A DNA stretch of 32,000 nt from Halomicronema hongdechloris C2206 (GTDB lineage: Bacteria; Cyanobacteriota; Cyanobacteriia; Phormidesmidales; Phormidesmidaceae). Below the pieces are notes generated by a model. The model saw only the letters and a program-made list of their open reading frames with translations, did no database searches and was not told the origin of the DNA. The stretch lies in contig NZ_CP021983.2 of assembly GCF_002075285.3 (NCBI RefSeq), positions 5,220,001-5,252,000 of the forward strand. Reading direction: 5' to 3'. Shown here piece by piece: positions 18,541-26,527 of this stretch; the stretch's first letter is position 1; every line of letters starts with the position of its first letter. Both the position numbers and the translations under genes were made by a program.

Positions 18541-19367
18541 GAGCGGCAATTCTCGGCACCGGTTATGTGGGTCAAGCCGTCGCCCGCCATTGGCAAGGCC
18601 TGGGCCTGCAGGTGACGGCCACCACTACCCGCTCAGAACGGGTAGGGGCACTGCAGGCCGTGGCTGACCGCGTCCAGGTGGTGCGCGGGGACGACGAGGC
18701 GGGCCTACGGCAGTTACTGGTCGATCACGACCTGCTCCTAGTCTCTGTGGGTAGAGGCCGGGGAGCTAGTTACGAAGAGACCTACCTGCGTACCGCCCAA
18801 ACCCTGGCACGAGTGCTGCCAGACATCCCCAGCCTGAGTCAGCTCCTGTTTACCAGCACCTGCTCTGTCTACGGTAATCACCAGGGCCAATGGGTCAGAG
18901 AAGATACGCCGCCGCAGCCCGCCACGGCCAACGCCAAGATCATGATCGAGACGGAGCAAGTGCTGCTGGAGAGGAACCGACCTGACCTGAAGGTGTGTAT
19001 CTTGCGGCTGGGGGGCATCTATGGTCCCGAACGCGACCTGGCCCGCATCTTTCAACGGTCTGCCGGCAGCACCCGGCCTGGCACGGGGAACTCTCCCAGT
19101 AATTGGATTCACTTAGACGACATCGTCGGGGCCATTGACTTTGTCCGTCAGCATCAATTGCAGGGGCTCTACAACCTGGTTCAGGATGAGATTCCCACGA
19201 TTCGGGCCTTGATCGATCGGGTCTGCCATCGCCATGGCTTACCGGCGGTCACCTGGGATCCCTCCCAACCCAGTAGTCGCAGCTACAACGCCCGTATCGC
19301 CAACCAAAAAATCAAGGCCGCTGGGTATGCGTTGCGCCATCCCAGCTTTGACCAACTCAAGGACTGA
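18537..19367 (+). CDS. NAD(P)-binding SDR-family oxidoreductase/epimerase-like protein
   Basis: 276 aa. ATGA overlap with the upstream gene at 18537-18540. N-terminal Rossmann motif ILGTGYVGQAV. Confidence 0.72.
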   Translation: MRAAILGTGYVGQAVARHWQGLGLQVTATTTRSERVGALQAVADRVQVVRGDDEAGLRQLLVDHDLLLVSVGRGRGASYEETYLRTAQTLARVLPDIPSLSQLLFTSTCSVYGNHQGQWVREDTPPQPATANAKIMIETEQVLLERNRPDLKVCILRLGGIYGPERDLARIFQRSAGSTRPGTGNSPSNWIHLDDIVGAIDFVRQHQLQGLYNLVQDEIPTIRALIDRVCHRHGLPAVTWDPSQPSSRSYNARIANQKIKAAGYALRHPSFDQLKD

Positions 19368-19373
19368 TCTCCC

Positions 19374-19907
19374 ATGGCTAGTAAGCAATTACTCTTGTTT
19401 CGCCACGGCAAGTCAGATTGGGACGCTGACTTCAGCACAGACCACGAACGGCCTGTCTCGAAACGGGGGCGACAAGCGGCCCAACTCATGGGGCGAGTAT
19501 TGGCTCGGTCCCAGTATTCTCCCGACGCCGTCATTACCTCATCAGCAGTGCGGGCGCGAACGACAGTGGAGTTAGCGGCGGAAGCGGGTCAGTGGTCCTG
19601 CCCAATACGGGTGAGTGCTGCCCTCTACGAGGCAACACCAGATCAAGTGCTGGCAGAGATTCGGCAAGCGCCCCAGACCAGCCAAACCTTGCTGTTGGCT
19701 GGGCACGAGCCCACTTGGTCGGCATTGGCGGCAGCCCTGATTGGCGGCGGCCAGTTGCGGGTACCTACTGCTGCCCTCCTCTGCATTGACTGTCAAGTAG
19801 CGGATTGGCAGACAGTAGATAGGGGCGTAGGGCAATTGCTCTGGTTGCTGCCGCCGAAGTTCTTCAGCAAAGGAGACTTCAAGGACCTGCATCCCCCTGG
19901 GCATTGA
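19374..19907 (+). CDS. sixA: phosphohistidine phosphatase SixA / histidine phosphatase family protein
   Basis: 177 aa. Motifs: LLLFRHGKSDW (RHG), ITSSAVRARTT, LLAGHEP. Confidence 0.8.
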   Translation: MASKQLLLFRHGKSDWDADFSTDHERPVSKRGRQAAQLMGRVLARSQYSPDAVITSSAVRARTTVELAAEAGQWSCPIRVSAALYEATPDQVLAEIRQAPQTSQTLLLAGHEPTWSALAAALIGGGQLRVPTAALLCIDCQVADWQTVDRGVGQLLWLLPPKFFSKGDFKDLHPPGH

Positions 19908-21627
19908 TGCAACTGGCCTCCAGTAGCCAGTAGCGCTCTGTGGTCAGCCGAGCACAGGAGACCGTCAGGTTCGCTAGGGCGGGGGTAGGGGCTGAGGCCA
20001 AGTTCTCTAGCACGTGCTCGGTTTGGGCAAATTCCTTCAGCAGCCGATTGTTCTCCACATAATCGGGGGCAAAGGCGTGTTTGTGCACCAGCCAGAAATC
20101 TACCCCGAGTTCAGTATCAAAGCGCTGCACTGAGGCCAGCTCTGGACTATATTGGGCCGCAATCATGGCCAGAGTTCGCCGTTGCAGTTGACTGAAATAG
20201 CCCCAATGATAGGGTAAGGCATATTCGCGAGCCGCCACGATGGAGCGACGGCCAAAGGTGGGCAGATTATTGGCCTCGGCGTCGATCGAGGCCACTAGGG
20301 TGGCGTGGGGTTGTTGCTGCAGAAACTGGTATAGTTCCGTTGCCTGCCCGGTGACGTAGAGTTGGTTAGCGACGGAAAACCGGGGTGAAAACGGTAACAA
20401 AATCACCACCGCGACTAACCCCAGCGGCAGGGCTAAGCCCAGCTGCTGTCTAACGCGATGCCGTCGCCGCTGGTCGGCTCGGAAACGTCTAAACTGAGTG
20501 CCGATATAGATCGTCAAGGTGATGCCGGCGGCTAGGGGCAGGACAAAGCGAGCCCCGTGGTAAACATAGCGGTTAGGAAAATGCAGCTGAAACGTCAGCC
20601 AGTGGGCCAGGCCATAGAGGCCTAGGGCGGCTAGGGCAATCTGGCTGAGGAGATGGACTCTGGTGGTGAGCAACTGAGCCAACGGCGGTCGCGACTGCCG
20701 GATCCCATAGACCGGCAAGGCAAAGGCTACCAATACCAACGGCGACATTACCCCCCAGAAGAGCAGGCCGGTACGGGGGCTGGCCAGCCAAAAAATCAGC
20801 GGATTCTCGTGGAAGTAGAAGGCTCGACCGTAGTAGCCATCCACCTGGTTGAAAATGGGGAGTTGCTGAGCCTGGGCCACGGTCGTCAGGGGGCCAAACT
20901 CGTTGGTGGTGAGTTGGTAAGGACCCAGAACCAGGGCCAGGATCAAAAAGGCTCCACCCCAGAGAATCCAGTCCTTTGGCACTGCAGAAACCCGTACTCC
21001 TGCAGACCAGCGGACCAAGCGCAGGGTGAGCACCCCTAATCCCAGCAGGGCCATGGGTGGATAAAACAGGGTTAGCAGAGCCAGGGCTATCAAGCAGGGA
21101 ACCACGGCGTTCCGTAGGAGATAGTAGAGGAATGCGGCAAAGAAGGGATAGAGAAAGGCGCGGGGGGTGGCCGACACCAGATCATCTTCCATCCACAGGC
21201 CCTGGTTCAGGAGCAGGCAGGCGACAAAGGCACCGGCAGGAACGGGGAAGAGGCTGAGGCTGAGGCCGAAATAATAGAGGGTGGTGATCAGTCCCAGAAA
21301 TAACGGCACAAATTTGCTGATCAGCAGGGGATTGATGCCGATGCTAGTCCAGAGAAAGTAAAACGCCTTGTATCCCGGGGGGGCCACCGATTGGAAATAG
21401 TCGGCGATCAGATCGTCGGGGAAGAGGCTGGGGTCTAAGTAACGCTGCATCCAGAAGATATGCTGCCTGGCATCGTCTTGAACCACATAGGGACTATCGA
21501 GGGCAACCCCGAGGGATTGCAGGCCATAGAGCAGACAGATGAGGATGCTGAATCCTAGCCACCCCCGCTTCTGATGGCTGACGGCGGTATGGACTACGGT
21601 GGCACGAGAAATCCTAGGCAACGGCAA
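19879..21627 (-). CDS. multi-pass integral membrane protein with a C-terminal soluble domain (possibly a GT-C-like glycosyltransferase; function unproven)
   Basis: 582-aa ORF with at least 10 hydrophobic segments. It has a DD pair in the first predicted loop (VVQDDARQH). The only available starts are TTG 21627 and TTG 21621, so the start is uncertain. Confidence 0.65.
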   Translation of the reverse strand: MPLPRISRATVVHTAVSHQKRGWLGFSILICLLYGLQSLGVALDSPYVVQDDARQHIFWMQRYLDPSLFPDDLIADYFQSVAPPGYKAFYFLWTSIGINPLLISKFVPLFLGLITTLYYFGLSLSLFPVPAGAFVACLLLNQGLWMEDDLVSATPRAFLYPFFAAFLYYLLRNAVVPCLIALALLTLFYPPMALLGLGVLTLRLVRWSAGVRVSAVPKDWILWGGAFLILALVLGPYQLTTNEFGPLTTVAQAQQLPIFNQVDGYYGRAFYFHENPLIFWLASPRTGLLFWGVMSPLVLVAFALPVYGIRQSRPPLAQLLTTRVHLLSQIALAALGLYGLAHWLTFQLHFPNRYVYHGARFVLPLAAGITLTIYIGTQFRRFRADQRRRHRVRQQLGLALPLGLVAVVILLPFSPRFSVANQLYVTGQATELYQFLQQQPHATLVASIDAEANNLPTFGRRSIVAAREYALPYHWGYFSQLQRRTLAMIAAQYSPELASVQRFDTELGVDFWLVHKHAFAPDYVENNRLLKEFAQTEHVLENLASAPTPALANLTVSCARLTTERYWLLEASCINAQGDAGP

Positions 21628-21774
21628 GGCAGTTAACCTTCAATGCAGGACGTCCCTCATTATGCAGCAGGATGTCAGGAAGTTCGGTTAGGACATGGCG
21701 GCACGATTGGGGCGGTACTCGAACATGGCCCGGACGACTTATTACAATGCGGTATGGTCTTCCCGGAGGTGTCA

Positions 21775-22542
21775 ATGGATCCCGCGTCCCTGCATACCCG
21801 CAATCCGTTGGGGCGATTCTCAGATCGAGCCGAAGATTATGCCCGCTATCGCCCTGGTTACCCTGAGGATGCGATCGCATCGATCCTGGCAGGCTTAGGC
21901 GATCCCAGCCGCTTGCAGATCGCCGATATCGGCGCTGGAACCGGCATTTCCAGCCGGCTGCTGGCCGCTACCGGAGCCACCGTCATCGCCGTCGAACCCA
22001 ACCAAGCCATGGCCGCCGCTGCCGAGCCCCATCCCCGGGTGCGGTTTCGCCAGGGCCAGGCGGAAGCCACCGGCCTAGACCATGACGCCGTCGGCCTGGT
22101 CACCTGCTGCCAGTCCTTCCATTGGTGTGAGCCGATGCCGGCGTTAGACGAATTCAGTCGCATTTTGCAGCCGGGAGGTCGCCTAGCCTTGATGTGGAAC
22201 GATTGGGAATTGTCAGATCCCTTGACGGCCGCCTATCGCCAGCTGGTGCAAATTGCCGCGGACCGAGAGTTCATCAATCACTATTACCGCCATGGGTTGG
22301 AGGCCCTGCGCCGGCATCCCCGGTTTGCGCCAGTGCGTCACCTGAGCATGACCTATCCCCAACCCCTGACACTAGCGGCCCTGATCGGTCGCTCCCTCAG
22401 CGCCTCCTACATGCCGAAGCAGGGGCCGGCCTATGAACAATTTCTAGAGGATGTGACGGCCCTCTATGAACGCTGGACTGAGGCAGGGGCAGCTCTGACG
22501 TTGGTCTATCAGACCAATCTCTATCTAGCAGAGCTACGCTGA
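21775..22542 (+). CDS. class I SAM-dependent methyltransferase
   Basis: The ORF opens at 21643. ATG 21775 (MDPASLHTRNPLGRF) fits the usual length, and 21754 is an alternative. Motif I is IADIGAGTGISS. Also PGGRLALMW. Confidence 0.8.
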   Translation: MDPASLHTRNPLGRFSDRAEDYARYRPGYPEDAIASILAGLGDPSRLQIADIGAGTGISSRLLAATGATVIAVEPNQAMAAAAEPHPRVRFRQGQAEATGLDHDAVGLVTCCQSFHWCEPMPALDEFSRILQPGGRLALMWNDWELSDPLTAAYRQLVQIAADREFINHYYRHGLEALRRHPRFAPVRHLSMTYPQPLTLAALIGRSLSASYMPKQGPAYEQFLEDVTALYERWTEAGAALTLVYQTNLYLAELR

Positions 22543-22616
22543 CGCCTGGTGAGCCAGCTCCGGGGCCGCAGCCTATGCCCCATTGTCTGCCGACGATCGC
22601 CTATGAGGTAACTGCC

Positions 22617-23786
22617 ATGATTCCCTTTGCCGCCAGAATGGACCGCTTGGGTACCGAATCGGCCTTTGAGTATATGGCCAAGGCCAAACAGCTCGAGGCC
22701 CAGGGGAAAGAAATCATCCACCTAGAGATCGGGCAGCCGGATTTTGCCACCGCTGACTTCATCTGCAAGGCGGCCTATGAGGCCATGCAGGCGGGATATA
22801 CCGGCTATGGACCGGCGGCAGGATTGCCGGAGTTGCGGGCGGCTATCGCCGAGTATATCGGGGCCACCCGGCGCCTCTCGGTTGCTCCAGAGCAGGTGGT
22901 GGTGATGCCGGGGGCAAAGCCGATTATCTTCTTCACGCTGCTGGCTCTGGTGGAGCCGGGGGACGAGGTCATCTATCCTGACCCCGGGTTCCCCATCTAC
23001 GAGTCGGTGATCAACTTCGTCGGGGCCAAGGCGGTGCCCCTACCCCTGCGAGAGTCAGTGCAGTTTCGCTGTCAACCTGAAGAATTACGGGCGCGGGTGT
23101 CGGAGCGCACCAAGCTATTGATTCTCAATTCCCCCCACAACCCTACCGGCGGCGTGCTAATGCCCCAGGACCTCGATGCGATCGCAACCCTGGCCCGGCA
23201 ATACGACCTCTACGTACTGGCCGACGAAATCTACTCCCGCATTCTTTACGATCCGCCCCATCACAGCATTGCCAGCCTACCTGGCATGCAGGAACGCACC
23301 ATTCTATTGGATGGCTTCTCGAAAACCTACGCCATGACCGGCTGGCGCCTCGGATACGCCGTGGCCGCCCCTGCCATCATCGAGAAACTGACCCAGCTGA
23401 TGATCAACTCCAATTCCTGCACCTGCTCCTTTACCCAGATGGCCGGCATCACGGCTTTACAGGGAGCCCAACAGCCGGTTGAGGCCATGGTGCAAGCCTT
23501 CCGCCAACGCCGGGACCTGATGGTGGCCCGATTGAACCAGATCCCAGGGATACAATGCCTCACCCCCGCTGGTGCCTTCTATGGCTTCGCCAATGTCTCC
23601 CAGCTGTCCCTAGATGATCGGGCCTTAGCCGACTACCTGATGACCGAGGCCGGCGTGGCCGTCTTACCAGGGTCCTCCTTTGGATCCTATGGTGCGGGTT
23701 ACTTGCGCCTGTCCTATGCCAATTCCCTCAGCAACATTGAGCAGGCTCTGGAGCAGCTGGAGCAGGCGGTGGCGCAACTGACCTAA
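22617..23786 (+). CDS. pyridoxal phosphate-dependent aminotransferase (aspartate aminotransferase class I)
   Basis: 389 aa from ATG 22617 (the ORF opens at 22575). Motifs: NSPHNPTGG, ADEIYSRILYD, PLP-lysine motif FSKTYAMTGWRLGY, LRLSYA. Confidence 0.9.
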   Translation: MIPFAARMDRLGTESAFEYMAKAKQLEAQGKEIIHLEIGQPDFATADFICKAAYEAMQAGYTGYGPAAGLPELRAAIAEYIGATRRLSVAPEQVVVMPGAKPIIFFTLLALVEPGDEVIYPDPGFPIYESVINFVGAKAVPLPLRESVQFRCQPEELRARVSERTKLLILNSPHNPTGGVLMPQDLDAIATLARQYDLYVLADEIYSRILYDPPHHSIASLPGMQERTILLDGFSKTYAMTGWRLGYAVAAPAIIEKLTQLMINSNSCTCSFTQMAGITALQGAQQPVEAMVQAFRQRRDLMVARLNQIPGIQCLTPAGAFYGFANVSQLSLDDRALADYLMTEAGVAVLPGSSFGSYGAGYLRLSYANSLSNIEQALEQLEQAVAQLT

Positions 23787-23898
23787 CGCGGCATCATAGC
23801 GTCTCCATGCAGCAAAAAGGGGTGAGAGGGGGCGTATAGATCCCGACGGTTCGCTATGGTGTTAATCAATAGACAATCGTTGGGAACATGACTGATCT

Positions 23899-24198
23899 AT
23901 GCGTTGCGCAATCATTAGCCGAGCTGGACAAGTATTGGCCTACGGACGGTTACTCATTCGCCAAGAGGACGATGGTGCCCTGCGCTTGTTCCTAGAAACC
24001 GATGGCGGCCGAGTATTGCCAGGGGGACTGCTCAGCGACGACGGCGACATGACCGCCGCCAGCGCCGTATTGGCCGATCAGTTTTTCGACCTGTGGGGCA
24101 TGAGCGATCTGACCCTTAGTATTCAATGTGGCACCCAGGGGCTAGACTCCACAGCGGCATTGCCGGACTCCTCCGACATCGAAACCGCCTTGCTGTAA
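23899..24198 (+). CDS. hypothetical protein, 99 aa
   Basis: ATG-initiated ORF with no SD and no family recognised. Convergent with the DUF2293 gene, 23 nt apart. Confidence 0.35.
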   Translation: MRCAIISRAGQVLAYGRLLIRQEDDGALRLFLETDGGRVLPGGLLSDDGDMTAASAVLADQFFDLWGMSDLTLSIQCGTQGLDSTAALPDSSDIETALL

Positions 24199-24221
24199 TT
24201 CGAGTGTCCCTAACTCCGGAG

Positions 24222-24914
24222 TCAGGCGCCTGTCTGCCAGAGGTCTAAGGTGGCAGCGATAGCATCGTCAACTGCGGCCCTTGCCTCTACTCGGTCAAGG
24301 CCACGCCCGAGCAATTGGTCGTATGGGGTCTCAGCATGGCGGACGTGGGCTTTGACCGCCAGATGTATGGCTGCATTCTCAAGATCGCGAGCGGCTTGGG
24401 TCCTACCTACTCGCTGACTGTATTTCTGGCAGGCATGATTGGCAACGAGCAGTTCTCGCCCTTTTGGACACGCAGGGTATAGCTGTCTGATCTTGTCGGC
24501 GAAAGCGGCCAGGAATCTCTCGTCTAGCTCTGCACGTCTCGCCGCCGCTCTCTGGCGCTGGCGCTCCCTCGCGTCTGCATCATCCAGGCACTGTTGTTCA
24601 GCCAATTCGAGGGCGTCAGCAGTCACCAGCAGTCCCTGGCGTTCGTAGCGTTTACGTGAGCGGCTCCATTGCAGCACCACCGCGACCAGGGGCGAGTGCT
24701 TCTTGGCGCGTCTGGTGAGGGCCGGGTTTCCGGCTGGGAGAAAGACCAAGTGGGCCAGGTCCGCACAGTCGAGGCAAAGTGCTCCTTTGTCTGCAACCAG
24801 CTGGATCCAAGCCCGTCGCCCCAGCTCATCGCCACACTCTGAACATGTGGCCTCAGATGAGGTGATGAAGACTTTCAGTTCATGACCCACGGCGACACCA
24901 TCCCACGTTGGCAA
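24222..24914 (-). CDS. CxxC-CxxC zinc-ribbon plus DUF2293-like protein
   Basis: 230 aa with a TTG start at 24914 (no nearby ATG). N-terminal CSECGDELGRRAWIQLVADKGALCLDC. The C-terminal VRHAETPYDQLLGRGLDRVEARAAV matches my recollection of DUF2293. Confidence 0.6.
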   Translation of the reverse strand: MPTWDGVAVGHELKVFITSSEATCSECGDELGRRAWIQLVADKGALCLDCADLAHLVFLPAGNPALTRRAKKHSPLVAVVLQWSRSRKRYERQGLLVTADALELAEQQCLDDADARERQRQRAAARRAELDERFLAAFADKIRQLYPACPKGRELLVANHACQKYSQRVGRTQAARDLENAAIHLAVKAHVRHAETPYDQLLGRGLDRVEARAAVDDAIAATLDLWQTGA

Positions 24915-24955
24915 CGACCTCGGCAGCGATCGCTTTCACGAATTGCCTATTCTCC

Positions 24956-26494
24956 TCATAGGTCTAAGAGGGCGAGTAACTCCAGAATGACACCATTGGT
25001 CCAGCCAAAGCCAATTTCATTGGAACTGTAGCCAAACAAGATTTCCCCAGACACATCGGCGGAGCAGCGCTCGACGTCGTATTTTTCGACGATGGTGCCG
25101 CTCTTTTCGAACTCCTGAATCACGAGATTGACAAACTTGATCGCCAGCCGCTCGGCCTCTTGGCAATAGCCGTAGCGGTACAGGCCATAAACGGCAAAGA
25201 GCTGCAAGGGAGCCCAGCCAAAGGGGGCATCCCACTGATTGCCGGAGACGTGGGTGCTGGTGAGGAGTCCCCCTGGGGCCTCGAATTTCCACAGGTTGTC
25301 TACCAATCGTTGAGCCTGCTGGGGAGCAGCAATGCCTGCCCAGAGGGGAATAAAGGCGGTGGCGAATTCATAGTGGCGCCGTCGCCCGGTGCGGAAATTG
25401 TAGTCGCAATAGAGGCCAATGTCATCGTCCCAGAGATAGTCGTCGATGAGGCGATGGCGCTGTTTGGCCCGATCTATCCAAATGGGGACCGAGGCGGGCT
25501 GCTCTAGGGTCTGATGGATCAGGGCAATATCGCGCTCCATCTGGTATAGCAAGCCATTTAAACACACGGGAGCATAGTGAATGATGTCGGCGCTGAAGGG
25601 ACCGAAGCGATCGCTGATGTCGAAGCCAGACTCTCGCATGGAGCGGTCTCCCTGGTAGAAGAGTTCGGTCAGGCAGTCCTGGTCGGCATCGTAGTAGAGG
25701 CTGAGGTCATAGTCTTCGACGGGGATGTGTTTGAAATACTCCCGTACCCGGTCGTAGTGGGTGCGACCGGCTTCATCTCGCTCTGAGGCCAGCACCTCCG
25801 GGGCAGGACCGTGGCCCAGGGCATTGTAGTGGGAGAGGCCGGTGGCTGGGTTGAGGTGGGGAGGAACGGTCCAATAAAAGTAGTATTTCTCGATGGCGGG
25901 TAATACTGACTGCAGCCAGGTGCGATCGCAGGTATACTCAAACAGCTTCAGCACCATCAGGGTGAGTACCGGCGGCTGGGAGCGGCTGAGCATATAGGTG
26001 CGATTGGCATTGAGCACCGCCCCATAGTGCTCAATCTGGTAAATAAACTGATCCACCATGCTTTGGGCCATGGCCACCTGGCCATCCCGCAGCAACCCCA
26101 ACAGAATGAAATAGCTGTCCCAGCCATACATCTCATTGAAACGCCCGCCCGGCACCACATAATCGTGGGGCAGGTAGAGTAAGCCATGGTCGACGATCTC
26201 GTCCGCCTCCGCCGGCAGCACCCGGATCTGAATCTGGGCATACTCCTGCGGTGAGAGCACCGCTTGCAGCGCCGCCTCCACGGCCACCTGCTCCTGTCGA
26301 TTGGAGATATAAAGGGGCCAGGGCTGACCCGGCACATGGTCAATCTTGGCATCCTTAGCGGCTTCCAGCACATGGGCTAGAGACCGGGACAGGGTCTGCC
26401 AAGTATCACGGATATAGGTGCGGATGGCGGTGACTTGATCAGAAGTAGGGCGTTCAGCCGTCACTATCGATGGCGGGACTGCGTGGGCGATCAC
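24956..26494 (-). CDS. treH: alpha,alpha-trehalase (GH37), cytoplasmic type
   Basis: 512 aa with a GTG start at 26494. Both PROSITE-type trehalase signatures are present exactly: PGGRFNEMYGWDSY and QWDAPFGWAP. Confidence 0.9.
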   Translation of the reverse strand: MIAHAVPPSIVTAERPTSDQVTAIRTYIRDTWQTLSRSLAHVLEAAKDAKIDHVPGQPWPLYISNRQEQVAVEAALQAVLSPQEYAQIQIRVLPAEADEIVDHGLLYLPHDYVVPGGRFNEMYGWDSYFILLGLLRDGQVAMAQSMVDQFIYQIEHYGAVLNANRTYMLSRSQPPVLTLMVLKLFEYTCDRTWLQSVLPAIEKYYFYWTVPPHLNPATGLSHYNALGHGPAPEVLASERDEAGRTHYDRVREYFKHIPVEDYDLSLYYDADQDCLTELFYQGDRSMRESGFDISDRFGPFSADIIHYAPVCLNGLLYQMERDIALIHQTLEQPASVPIWIDRAKQRHRLIDDYLWDDDIGLYCDYNFRTGRRRHYEFATAFIPLWAGIAAPQQAQRLVDNLWKFEAPGGLLTSTHVSGNQWDAPFGWAPLQLFAVYGLYRYGYCQEAERLAIKFVNLVIQEFEKSGTIVEKYDVERCSADVSGEILFGYSSNEIGFGWTNGVILELLALLDL

Positions 26495-26527
26495 TGTGAC
26501 ATTTCATTAATTAATTCTTTCCCCACG

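Noticed and set aside
24213-24222. The palindrome ACTCCGGAGT between convergent genes as a bidirectional terminator.
   Set aside because: It is only 10 nt with no loop, so it cannot form a stable hairpin, and there is no U-tract on either strand.
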